64,000 nucleotides of DNA from Rhodobacterales bacterium. Lineage in GTDB: Bacteria; Pseudomonadota; Alphaproteobacteria; Rhodobacterales; Rhodobacteraceae. Location of the stretch: NCBI GenBank assembly GCA_031426185.1, contig JANPKV010000389.1, positions 29,393 to 93,392 of the forward strand. The letters run 5' to 3'. A program made the translations under genes and the position numbers. The notes under the pieces are model-generated. The model was given only the letters and a program-made list of their open reading frames with translations. It searched no databases and was not told the origin of the DNA. Positions within the stretch are counted from its first letter, which is position 1; each line of letters starts with the position of its first letter. This document shows positions 54,672 through 63,271 of this stretch, piece after piece.

Positions 54672-56078
54672 TCACCCGGTTTTTGCGGTGGACAGCAGCC
54701 AAAGGCCCAAAACGGTATAGGCGACCATCAGGATGGTCATCGGCAGATGTGCGACGGGCCTTGCGTCGCGACCCGCCAGTTTCAGCACCAGAACCACCGC
54801 CAAGAGATGCGCGCCAAGGATCGCGGCGAACTGTGCCCCGTAGATCATGGGCATCACGCGGGGGTTGGTAACGAACCCGAACGAGACGTAGAACGGCGGC
54901 AGACCCAGAAAGCTGTCGCCGGTGAACAGCGGGTCATTCAGCGCGGCCAGCGTGTATTGGCCGGCGGTCAGCAGCATCATCAGGTAATGCGCCGCATGGT
55001 ACCCGGCGGCGATTGCAAGAAACGACAGCATGACCGGCCCGGCGGCAAACCCGCCCCCCATCCGTCGTCCCAACAAGATCGCCCCCAGGATCAGCGCCAG
55101 CGTCGACACCCAGACCGCCAGCAACCCGACGGTATTGATCCCCATCACCGCACTGCGCCCGGTCGGCTCCAACGGGTTTTGCCCGATCAGCGCTTGCCAC
55201 CAGAACGTCTCCATCAGCCCGTCAAAGGTCAGGGCGGCAAGCGCGAGGCTGACAAAGACCATCGCTGAAACAGTCAGTGGCGGCATCCCAAGCACCTGCG
55301 TGCCTGGCCACCCACGCATCAGACGGGCACGACGGCCGCTGATGTCCAGCCAAAGCGGGGAGACCTTGGCGATAAGGGCGAAAAGGAATGTAAGAAACTC
55401 ACCCTTTTCCAGCCACTCCTCGCCCTCAAGCGTGGCGAGAACAAAGATCACCAGCCAATAGCCCAAAGCCACCGAGGCAAGAACAGCCGGGTCGTCGGGG
55501 TAAAGCGAGACCAGTTGAAACCAGGCAAACCCGGCGTAGCCAATGACCGCAGGCCAGTGACCAAAGCGCGACAGCCCGATCTGACCGGTTCGGCTCAACA
55601 AAGTCCGTGCAATGCGAACCGGCGCGATCCACGGATTGATTGACCGCCAGACATTGCCAAAAAGCATCGACGCCAAAGGCACCGCAATCCACACACCCGT
55701 CCAGAAAACCAGCGTCATCAAGTTGTGCATCGGGTCCCGCTCGCCGAAAAAGCCGACAAAGAGGAGACCGAGGAAAATGAGAAAAGCCAGATAGGAGGTC
55801 AGGCTATCGGGCAGGATGACCGGTCGTTCCCAAACGAGTCGCTCTTCCATCGCAGGCATGCGGTGGGCGAGGGCGCCCAGGACGGCCGTCAGGGTAACGG
55901 TCAGCGCGGCGGCGGTAATGTAGTGGCCCGTGGGCAATGTCAGGATCACCGACGGGGGCAGGGCGCAGGCAAACGCCACGCCTGGAAGGATCAACGTCGC
56001 GGCACTCGTGGCACCAAGAATTCTGACGAATTCCCGGCAAAAGCCCTGACGGAGATTGGCGTGTGGCTTCACTTTCAA
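54672..56078 (-). CDS. Polytopic integral membrane protein of unknown family
   Basis: 468 aa with more than 10 hydrophobic segments. A TTG start overlaps the upstream stop (TTGA), so the start is uncertain. Confidence 0.65.
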   Translation of the reverse strand: MKVKPHANLRQGFCREFVRILGATSAATLILPGVAFACALPPSVILTLPTGHYITAAALTVTLTAVLGALAHRMPAMEERLVWERPVILPDSLTSYLAFLIFLGLLFVGFFGERDPMHNLMTLVFWTGVWIAVPLASMLFGNVWRSINPWIAPVRIARTLLSRTGQIGLSRFGHWPAVIGYAGFAWFQLVSLYPDDPAVLASVALGYWLVIFVLATLEGEEWLEKGEFLTFLFALIAKVSPLWLDISGRRARLMRGWPGTQVLGMPPLTVSAMVFVSLALAALTFDGLMETFWWQALIGQNPLEPTGRSAVMGINTVGLLAVWVSTLALILGAILLGRRMGGGFAAGPVMLSFLAIAAGYHAAHYLMMLLTAGQYTLAALNDPLFTGDSFLGLPPFYVSFGFVTNPRVMPMIYGAQFAAILGAHLLAVVLVLKLAGRDARPVAHLPMTILMVAYTVLGLWLLSTAKTG

Positions 56079-56656
56079 CGCAACCCATCCTCCCCTTTCG
56101 CCTGGTTGATCTCCAACCCTCCCATCCGCGAATGCACACGCCCGCCGCGGGCCATGGCAAGCGCAAACAGAACTTCATGACTGCGCGGCGCGTCGGAGCA
56201 GGCGACCGTGATGACGTCAAACCGTGACCGGACATAGGCCGCGTTCAGATGCCCAAGCGGGATGTCCAGCGTCGCGCCCAGGCCTCCAACCTTCATCGTG
56301 CTTGGCACGATCGCACGGCATTCACCCAGTCGGTCGCGCATGCCGTAACCGCCTGCGACATGCCAAAGCGCGCCATGCTCGCTTTCACCGGCTTCGCCGA
56401 CGATGGCCCCCTTGCCATAGGCATCGATGCCCGCCCGACCGCCCAATGCGGCAACAAGACGGTCCGTCAGGTCCAGTGCGAGAGGCTTCAGCGCGTCCAT
56501 CGCGAACTGCAGATCGGGCGTGTAGCGCCCCGCAAAAGGGTTGGCGCAGATCGCATAAATCGCGCCCCGAACCGGCGCAGGCGCTACGACAGGCCCGCCC
56601 TCGTGCAGGATCTCCTCGATCTGCACCACGATCTTGCGCAACGCGAACTCAGCCAC
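56075..56656 (-). CDS. Amino-acid-synthesis family protein (AA_synth/DUF1185-like)
   Basis: 193 aa. EGGPVVAPAPVRGAIYAICANPFAGRY...GKGAIVGEAGESEHGALWH fits that family as I recall it. Confidence 0.7.
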   Translation of the reverse strand: MAEFALRKIVVQIEEILHEGGPVVAPAPVRGAIYAICANPFAGRYTPDLQFAMDALKPLALDLTDRLVAALGGRAGIDAYGKGAIVGEAGESEHGALWHVAGGYGMRDRLGECRAIVPSTMKVGGLGATLDIPLGHLNAAYVRSRFDVITVACSDAPRSHEVLFALAMARGGRVHSRMGGLEINQAKGEDGLR

Positions 56657-57605
56657 CGGTCACCCCCAAAGCGGAAATCCCGCTCACCCTGGTTTCATCC
56701 TGCAAGAAAAGTGCCGCCCCTTCAATCAGGCCGCGCGCCCGGAACCCTTCCGCAGCGGCAAGGCCCGCATCGAGCGCTTGCGCCCGGTCATCTGCCGAAA
56801 TCGGCGGCACCTCGACCGTGACCCGCCGGTCGCCAAGATCGCTGTCCGATTGCAGGTCCCGCGCCGGACGCCGCAGGATGCCCGGATGATCAACGTCAAC
56901 CGCATTCGCGATCATCGTCGCGGCGGCGTCCGCCATCGCCGCCGTCCGCGCGAGCACCGTCACCGCATCGGCGATACCAAACGAAAAACTGCGCCCCCGC
57001 CAGCCCGAAGTCGCAATTCCCCGGACCGGATCGCTTGCGCGCAGTGTCACCCGGTCAAGCCCACCGGTGACCGCCAAAGCGCAGGTCAGGCTTTCATCAG
57101 GGCCGAGCCAGAGCGCGATGTCCCCGCCATTGTTGGCATAGGCTCGCACTATCCCCGGGCCGACCAGCGCCGACAAGACATGCTCGGCCACGGCTCCCGC
57201 GACCGCCGCCATGGGGGTGAGGAAGGCAGGCCGGAACGGGGCCACTGCCGCTGTCATGCATCGGGCGATCACGCCTTCGACCCCGGCGCCGTCGGTGCGC
57301 AGGGCGGGAAGCTCGGCCACCAGTTCTTCTAGCACCGTCGCAAATCGCGCGGCCCCCCGCGCAAAGCCCGCCCGGACGGCTGAAGCCTCGCCAAATGCTT
57401 CGGCCACGATGTCGATCGGCCCGTGTTGCAAATGAAGGCGGCCATCGGGCAGGAGGGCCGCCATCGCGCTGCTTTTGGCGTAAGCATCGCGCCTTTTGAC
57501 CAGCGCGGGCCTTTTGGCCAAAGCAGCAAGGGCCAGGCCGGGAACTTGCGGCTGTGCGCGCCAGTTGGGCTGTGTGGTTTCAGAGGCGCTTGTCACTGCG
57601 GCCAT
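56649..57605 (-). CDS. UPF0280-family (ApbE-like fold) protein
   Basis: LLPDGRLHLQHGPIDIVAEAFG is the family-typical N-terminal block. An alternative ATG at 57464 would give a shorter protein. Confidence 0.65.
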   Translation of the reverse strand: MAAVTSASETTQPNWRAQPQVPGLALAALAKRPALVKRRDAYAKSSAMAALLPDGRLHLQHGPIDIVAEAFGEASAVRAGFARGAARFATVLEELVAELPALRTDGAGVEGVIARCMTAAVAPFRPAFLTPMAAVAGAVAEHVLSALVGPGIVRAYANNGGDIALWLGPDESLTCALAVTGGLDRVTLRASDPVRGIATSGWRGRSFSFGIADAVTVLARTAAMADAAATMIANAVDVDHPGILRRPARDLQSDSDLGDRRVTVEVPPISADDRAQALDAGLAAAEGFRARGLIEGAALFLQDETRVSGISALGVTGG

Positions 57606-59026
57606 GGGACGACCCTTGCGCTTGTCGGGTATTCCCCACCCTCGATCACCGACTGGTCCAGCGTGCGAATGCTTTCTTCGTGTCCGCCCATTGCCAGGTA
57701 AGCCTCACGCGGCAAGGTGAATTCCAAAGGTGCGACAAGCGCCGGGGTCGGCACGTAACCGAAAGCGCCTTTCGGCAGACGGGTCACGTCCACCATGAAA
57801 GTGATTCCGCCGCCCGGCCAGACGAACGTCTCGGCCCCGCCGCTGGTCAGCCGGGTGACCTGACCCTGCACCGACTGCGTCAGCCGCACCGGATTTCTCG
57901 TCACCCCCGCCCGCAGACTGCCCCCCGCGCCGCCCATGAAAAGGACCGTGCAGAGCGAGGGCTCGCAGTTTTCCGCGATCAGCTCGACCGATTTCCGCAA
58001 GCTTTCCGGCAGCGGCTGCGGCACCGGCTGCAACTGCGTATCGAGCACATAATAGGCGTATTGCTCGCCCGTGGTGGACACCATCAAGAGCCGCAGCCCC
58101 GGCCGCGCGCCTTTCTTCGGGTTCCAGTCGCCCAGTATCTCCAGCGGATTGGTCAGCCGGGTTCCGCCCCAGCCTTGCCCCGGCTCCGAGACGCGGAAAT
58201 AGCGGCCCGGCGTGGATCGGTGGCCCTTGATCTTGATGCCCGTCGGCTCCCAACCGATGACCTTTCCGGCCTGATGCTCGCTCACGACGCCGGTAATGTG
58301 GTCATCGACCACCACCACCTCGTCCACCAAGCCCTGCCACTGCACGGCAAACATGCCGATCGTGGCCGATCCGCAGCCGACCCGCATCCGACGTTCCTGC
58401 ACCCCATCCACGATGGGCGCAGATCCCGCCTGCACAATCACGCGGCTGCCGCCTTCGATCTCCATCTCAACCGCTTCGCCGTTGCAAAGCGCCAGCATGG
58501 CGGCGCACGTGACCCTGCCTTCCGCCTTGCTGCCGCCCGTCAGGTGATGGACGCCCCCAAGCGACAGCATTTGCGAGCCGTATTCTGCGGTGGTCACATG
58601 GCCAACGGGCTCGCCCTGAACCCGGACGACCGCCCCTTCGCTCCCCAGAAAGCGGTCGGTGTCGACCTTCACCTTGACCCCGCAATAGGAAAAGATCGCT
58701 TCGGTCACGACGGTGATCATGTCCGCGCCATCTATCCGCGAGGACACGATAAAGGGCGCGGGCTTGTAGTCGGGATAGGTCGTGCCTGCGCCGATCCCGG
58801 TGACAAAGGCATCGGCCGGCACGGGCGAGCCGTCCCAGTCCCGCAGGGCAAAAGGGACCACCCGACCTTTCGCTTCGACGGTATGCGACAGCATCACAAC
58901 CGGATCGGTCCGCACGATCCGGCCACCCTCATTGGCATAGCGGTCGCAGGCCCCGGTCTGGCCGGGCGCGATGTAGCACATCACCGGGCAGGCATCGCAG
59001 CGGATCTTTTCGGGCGCGTCGGTCAC
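57593..59026 (-). CDS. Cys-rich Fe-S protein of the family annotated as 6-hydroxynicotinate reductase (Hnr-like)
   Basis: GTG at 59026 lies 5 nt after GGAGGG. MTDAPEKIRCDACPVMCYIAPGQTGACDRY carries a CxxCxxxC...C cluster. The family assignment is from memory. Confidence 0.6.
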   Translation of the reverse strand: MTDAPEKIRCDACPVMCYIAPGQTGACDRYANEGGRIVRTDPVVMLSHTVEAKGRVVPFALRDWDGSPVPADAFVTGIGAGTTYPDYKPAPFIVSSRIDGADMITVVTEAIFSYCGVKVKVDTDRFLGSEGAVVRVQGEPVGHVTTAEYGSQMLSLGGVHHLTGGSKAEGRVTCAAMLALCNGEAVEMEIEGGSRVIVQAGSAPIVDGVQERRMRVGCGSATIGMFAVQWQGLVDEVVVVDDHITGVVSEHQAGKVIGWEPTGIKIKGHRSTPGRYFRVSEPGQGWGGTRLTNPLEILGDWNPKKGARPGLRLLMVSTTGEQYAYYVLDTQLQPVPQPLPESLRKSVELIAENCEPSLCTVLFMGGAGGSLRAGVTRNPVRLTQSVQGQVTRLTSGGAETFVWPGGGITFMVDVTRLPKGAFGYVPTPALVAPLEFTLPREAYLAMGGHEESIRTLDQSVIEGGEYPTSARVVPWPQ

Positions 59027-59099
59027 TTTGACCCTCCGCCGGGGGCCGGCCCCCGGACCCCCGGGATATTTGCGGACAGGAGATGAGGCTTTGTGTGCA

Positions 59100-61763
59100 T
59101 CATGACCTGCTTGTGATGGCGGCGCGCAGGCGGTGTGGCAGCGCGGGGACTTGCGTGATCTCGACGCCCGTCGCATGGCGGATCGCGTTCAGGATGGCCG
59201 GCGCGGTCGGGATCAGCACATGCTCGCCCAAGCCCTTGGCTCCGAATGGACCTTCGGGATCTGGCACCTCGATCAACAGGCTTTCGATGGGGGGCACGTC
59301 GCCGAATGTGGGGATCAGATAGTCGTGCAGGTTCTCTGTCCGGTTGGGCAGGTACTCTTCCATCAGCGCAAGGCCGATGCCCTGCGCAATGCCGCCCTCG
59401 ATCTGGCCCCGGGCGAGCATGGGATTGATCGCGCGGCCAAGGTCATGGGCGGCGGTGATCTTCAGCAGGCGGACCGTGCCCAGCGTCTGGTCTACGTCCA
59501 GTTCGACCAACTGTGCGCCATAGCCGTAAACGGCGTAAGGCGTGCCCTGGCCGTTTGCATCAAGCCTTGTGGTGGGTGGATCATAAGTCGCCTCGGCCGA
59601 CAGTGCGAGGCCGTGGGGATCACGGGGCAGGCCGGCAAGGTCGATCCGGGTTGACGTCGCCCCGGCGCGAACAACGAGCGAGGCAGCCTCAAGCGCCAGA
59701 ACTGCGTCTTGGCCTGCATTGGCCCGGCGCAGGATCGCAGTGCGTAAAGCCTCTGCCGCCGCCTTGGCAGCCCGCCCCGAGACAAAGGTCTGCCGACTGG
59801 CCGAGGATTTTCCGGCATCGGGGGTCAGCGCGGTATCAGGCCCGATCAGGCGAAAGGTCGCCAGCGGCAGGCCCAGGGCTTCTGCCGCGATCTGGGCGAT
59901 GACGGTGTTTGAGCCCTGTCCGATATCCGTGGCACCCTGATGCAGGACCACCTCGCCCTGATGCGATATCCCGATGCGGATGGTCGACGGGTTCGGCAAC
60001 GCGGTGTTTCCGCAGCCATACCAGCATGACGCGACGCCGACACCCCGCCCCGGGCCGGCCTCGGCCAGAGCGCGCACCCAATGTGGGCGCAGGGCAGTCA
60101 GGCATTCGTGGATGCCCGTCGCCCGCAGGGCTTGCCCAGTTGCCGTGACATCGCCATCGCGCAAGGCGTTCAGGATCCGGAACTCCAGCCGGTCGATTTT
60201 GGCCTTTTCGGCCAGCCGGTCATAGAGCGTCTCTTGCCAAAGCGCCCCTTGCGGCACGCCAAACCCCCGGAACGCTCCGGAAACGGGGCCATGGGTGTGG
60301 ATCGCCCGCGCCTTGGCCATGACGTTCGGTGTGAGATAGGGCCCTGATACATGCACCGGAACGCGGTTCGCCACCGTCGGGCCCCAGCTGGAATAGGCCC
60401 CGGTGTTGAACAGGCCCTCGAATTCCACCGCTGTGATCTTGCCATGGGCATCGCATCCGATCCGCCCCTGCATTTCCGCCGGATGGCGCTTGGTGGTCGA
60501 GGTCATGCTTTCCTGGCGCGAATAGACCATCCGGCTGGGCCGACCGGTATTCAGCGTCACCAGTCCGATCAAAGGCTGCAGCGAAATGTCGAGTTTGGAT
60601 CCGAACCCGCCACCCACCGCCGACGGGATGATCCTGACCCGCTCCATCGGCAGCCCAAGGATCGCTGCCGTGTCTTCGCGGTCCATCGCGGGGGCCTGCG
60701 TGCAGGCGCGGATGACAAGCGTGTCACCGTCCATCCATGCAGCACCTGCTTCGGGCTCGATATAGGCATGTTCGACAAAGGCCGTGGTCATGGTTCCGGT
60801 GACGACATGCGCGCTTGTTGCCAGCGCTGCGGCGGCATCGCCCTTGATCACACGCCCTTCGATCAAAAGATTGCCGGGGCGACCCGGATGCAAGGGTTCG
60901 GCCCCTTCCGCCTCTTGCGGCGTGGTCACGGCCGGCAGGGGCTCCCAATGGACGGGAAAGCCGGAAAGGTCGGGCTCCGTCCCCGGCTCAAACGCCACCA
61001 AAGCCACGCATTCCCCCCGGAACCGGGCGGGGGACGGCGCAATTGCGGGCTGGTCGGCGAAGGGTGGGATGACGGAAAACGCATTGCGACCGGGGATATC
61101 GGCCGCGGTAAAGATCGCCGCAACGCCAGGGCGACTGCGGAACGCCTGAAGCGCGCCGATCTGAAAGGCCGCGTGAGCATAAGGCGAGCGGATGGCTTTC
61201 ACGACCAGCGCGCCTGTGGGCCACTCGTCGGCGCCAAAGCTGTCACCGGCAACCTTGGCCGCGCCATCCAGCCGCTGGACAGAAGCCCCAACCCCGCCCT
61301 CCGACACCACCGTCTCAGCGCCTTGTCCTGCCGAAACGACGGCCGCGATGATGCTGCGATAGCCCGTGCAGCGGCATAGGACGCCGCCAAGCGCGGTTTC
61401 CACCTCCTTGCTCGAAGGCTGGGCGTTCCGCGTAAGCAACTCGGCCGCCGTCAGCAGCATTCCCGGGGTGCATATCCCGCATTGCGCCGCACCATGGGCC
61501 TGGAAACTGGCGCGCAGGCGGACGAGTTCCGGCGTCGCCGCTTCGATGGTCGTCACGTGGCGCCCGGCGACGCGGGTGGCAGGGGTGAGGCAGGCGCAGA
61601 CCGCTTCACCGTCCAAAAGCACGGTACAGGCCCCGCAATCGCCCGCGTCGCAGCCAACTTTGGTGCCGGTCTTGCCCAGCCGCTCGCGCAGGGTTTCCGA
61701 CAGCCGCTCGGTCGGAGGGGCGTCCACCGTCACGCGTGCATTGTTCAGCGTGAAGGAGATCAT
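59100..61763 (-). CDS. Xanthine-dehydrogenase-family hydroxylase, fused [2Fe-2S] and molybdopterin-binding subunits
   Basis: ATG at 61763 overlaps the FAD-subunit stop (ATGA). MISFTLNN...GCDAGDCGACTVLLDG...CGICTPG...CRCTGY are the two 2Fe-2S motifs. These are followed directly by the a/b-hammerhead and Moco domains (VQRLDGAAKVAG...). Confidence 0.9.
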   Translation of the reverse strand: MISFTLNNARVTVDAPPTERLSETLRERLGKTGTKVGCDAGDCGACTVLLDGEAVCACLTPATRVAGRHVTTIEAATPELVRLRASFQAHGAAQCGICTPGMLLTAAELLTRNAQPSSKEVETALGGVLCRCTGYRSIIAAVVSAGQGAETVVSEGGVGASVQRLDGAAKVAGDSFGADEWPTGALVVKAIRSPYAHAAFQIGALQAFRSRPGVAAIFTAADIPGRNAFSVIPPFADQPAIAPSPARFRGECVALVAFEPGTEPDLSGFPVHWEPLPAVTTPQEAEGAEPLHPGRPGNLLIEGRVIKGDAAAALATSAHVVTGTMTTAFVEHAYIEPEAGAAWMDGDTLVIRACTQAPAMDREDTAAILGLPMERVRIIPSAVGGGFGSKLDISLQPLIGLVTLNTGRPSRMVYSRQESMTSTTKRHPAEMQGRIGCDAHGKITAVEFEGLFNTGAYSSWGPTVANRVPVHVSGPYLTPNVMAKARAIHTHGPVSGAFRGFGVPQGALWQETLYDRLAEKAKIDRLEFRILNALRDGDVTATGQALRATGIHECLTALRPHWVRALAEAGPGRGVGVASCWYGCGNTALPNPSTIRIGISHQGEVVLHQGATDIGQGSNTVIAQIAAEALGLPLATFRLIGPDTALTPDAGKSSASRQTFVSGRAAKAAAEALRTAILRRANAGQDAVLALEAASLVVRAGATSTRIDLAGLPRDPHGLALSAEATYDPPTTRLDANGQGTPYAVYGYGAQLVELDVDQTLGTVRLLKITAAHDLGRAINPMLARGQIEGGIAQGIGLALMEEYLPNRTENLHDYLIPTFGDVPPIESLLIEVPDPEGPFGAKGLGEHVLIPTAPAILNAIRHATGVEITQVPALPHRLRAAITSRS

Positions 61764-62587
61764 CCAAGCGCCTCCATCACCGCACGGCGGACCAATTCCA
61801 CTGCGGCCTCGTGCCGGTAAGCCGACGTCGCCCTGACGTCGTCGATAGGTGCAAGTGCAACCTGCACGTCCGGGGCGGAAATCCTGCCAACTGCATCGGC
61901 CACAGGACAGCCGCGCAGCGCCGCTTCGACCAGGGGCAACCGGGCCGCAACCGCCGAACAGGACCCGACCGCCACCGCAGCCTCGGACACGCGCCCGCGC
62001 TCGACCACAAGCCGCGCCGCCACCATGGCAATGGAGATGACCAGATGGGTCCGCGCGCCAAGTTTCACAAACGCCGACCTCCCGCGCAAGGCACTGTCGG
62101 GGATCACGACGGCAGCCAATATCTCGCCCGGTGCCAGCGCGATCTTTCGCGGGCCAAGGAGGAAATCCGTGATGGCAAGCCGTCGGGTTCCGGTTGCCGA
62201 AAGCAGCTCGACTTCTGCATCCATTGCCAGAAGCGGCGGCACCCCGTCGGCAGCGGGCGAGGCGTTGCAGAGATTGCCGCCAAGCGTGCCCGCATTCTGT
62301 ATCTGCCGCCCGCCGACCTGAAGTGCTGCCTGCTGAAGCGCGCGGCAGGCCTCGGGCAGATCGGCGGCAGCAATCACCGACCAGGGCGTCGCAGCACCGA
62401 TCCGCAGACCGCCGCCTCGCCTGATCCCGGCGAAACCAGGCAAAGCCGTCACATCCAGCAAAGATCCTGCGAGGCACGACCCGGCACCAGGGTAAAGATC
62501 CGTCCCACCCGCCAGCACCCGCCAGCCGCCCCCGGCCATCAGCCGCAGCGCATCTGTCACCGTGTCGGGGCGGGCATAGTCCGGCAT
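61760..62587 (-). CDS. Molybdopterin dehydrogenase FAD-binding subunit (CoxM/XdhB-like)
   Basis: MPDYARPDTVTDALRLMA...LAGGTDLYP...IQNAGTLGGNLCNASPAADG. Alternative ATG at 62605. Confidence 0.88.
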   Translation of the reverse strand: MPDYARPDTVTDALRLMAGGGWRVLAGGTDLYPGAGSCLAGSLLDVTALPGFAGIRRGGGLRIGAATPWSVIAAADLPEACRALQQAALQVGGRQIQNAGTLGGNLCNASPAADGVPPLLAMDAEVELLSATGTRRLAITDFLLGPRKIALAPGEILAAVVIPDSALRGRSAFVKLGARTHLVISIAMVAARLVVERGRVSEAAVAVGSCSAVAARLPLVEAALRGCPVADAVGRISAPDVQVALAPIDDVRATSAYRHEAAVELVRRAVMEALG

Positions 62588-62687
62588 CACTGGCCCTGAA
62601 TTCATTTGTATAGAAACAAGGTTGCGGCCAAGTTTTGCGCCTGTCAACAGTCTTGCAAGGCCGAACCACAGCGCGTATCGAACTTGG

Positions 62688-63107
62688 ATGAATGGGGCTG
62701 AGCCTTATCGCCTTGATGACCAGATCGGCTTTGTCCTGCGGCGCGTGACGCAGCGACATCTGGCGATCTTTGCCGCCGCCATCCCCGAGGTCACCACCAC
62801 ACAGTTCGCGGTCCTTGCCAGGCTCTTGGAAACCGGGCCGCAATCGCAAAACCATCTTGGCCGAGCCACTGCGATGGATGCGGCGACGATAAAGGGCGTT
62901 GTGGGCAGGCTGGCAAAGCTTGGCTATGTCGCCACGGCGGCTGACCCGGACGACCGTCGTCGCCTGACGGTTACCCTGACCGATGTCGGAGCGGCGCTCT
63001 TTGAAGCGCGGGCGGCAACCGCGCTTCAGGTGTCGGCGGACACTCTGGCCCCCTTGTCACCCGAGGAACGTATCACGCTCAAGGCCCTCTTGGCCCGCCT
63101 GGCCTGA
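62688..63107 (+). CDS. MarR-family transcriptional regulator
   Basis: ATG at 62688. YRLDDQIGFVLRRVTQRH...TTTQFAVLARLLETGPQSQNHLGRATAMDAATIKGVVGRL...DRRRLTVTLT. Divergent from the hydroxylase operon. Confidence 0.88.
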   Translation: MNGAEPYRLDDQIGFVLRRVTQRHLAIFAAAIPEVTTTQFAVLARLLETGPQSQNHLGRATAMDAATIKGVVGRLAKLGYVATAADPDDRRRLTVTLTDVGAALFEARAATALQVSADTLAPLSPEERITLKALLARLA

Positions 63108-63271
63108 GCGCAGTGGGTGGAGTGGGCATTTGGCCGGCGCGACCACGGGGCAGCGGCGAGATCCCCCAATAGATCCGTGAAACGACTTGGCCGACCTGTC
63201 GCATTGTTTGTGCCGCCGGCTGCGGTCGCTTCATCGGACGCCTTTCCTGCCTCGCCTCTCCCCTGCGCGCA

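Noticed and set aside
31940-54702. N-terminal extensions of several track ORFs (31940-33112, 33888-35288, 50039-50806, 50727-52133, 53314-54702, 39290-40465, 40407-41408)
   Set aside because: The extensions overlap upstream genes in another frame. Internal starts give canonical N-termini (signal peptides, Walker-A-proximal starts), often with an RBS or a 4-nt stop/start overlap. I trimmed the coordinates accordingly.
1432-61379. Many long antisense or alternate-frame ORFs, e.g. 1432-2496(-), 9226-11040(-), 12601-13578(-), 13575-14684(-), 16447-17655(-), 34041-35120(+), 35951-37408(+), 38750-40048(+), 48866-49921(+), 52372-54141(+), 57554-59086(+), 60351-61379(+)
   Set aside because: They are shadow ORFs typical of GC-rich DNA. 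Their products are Arg/Pro/Gly/His-rich low-complexity strings with no motifs, and each lies opposite a gene with unambiguous family signatures.
59100-62855. A 1251-aa ORF in the track that could be read as one giant protein
   Set aside because: Residues ~1-364 are Arg/Gly/Ala-rich nonsense lying out of frame over the well-formed FAD-subunit gene (61760-62587). A proper ATG at 61763 overlaps that gene's stop (ATGA) and begins a textbook 2Fe-2S domain.
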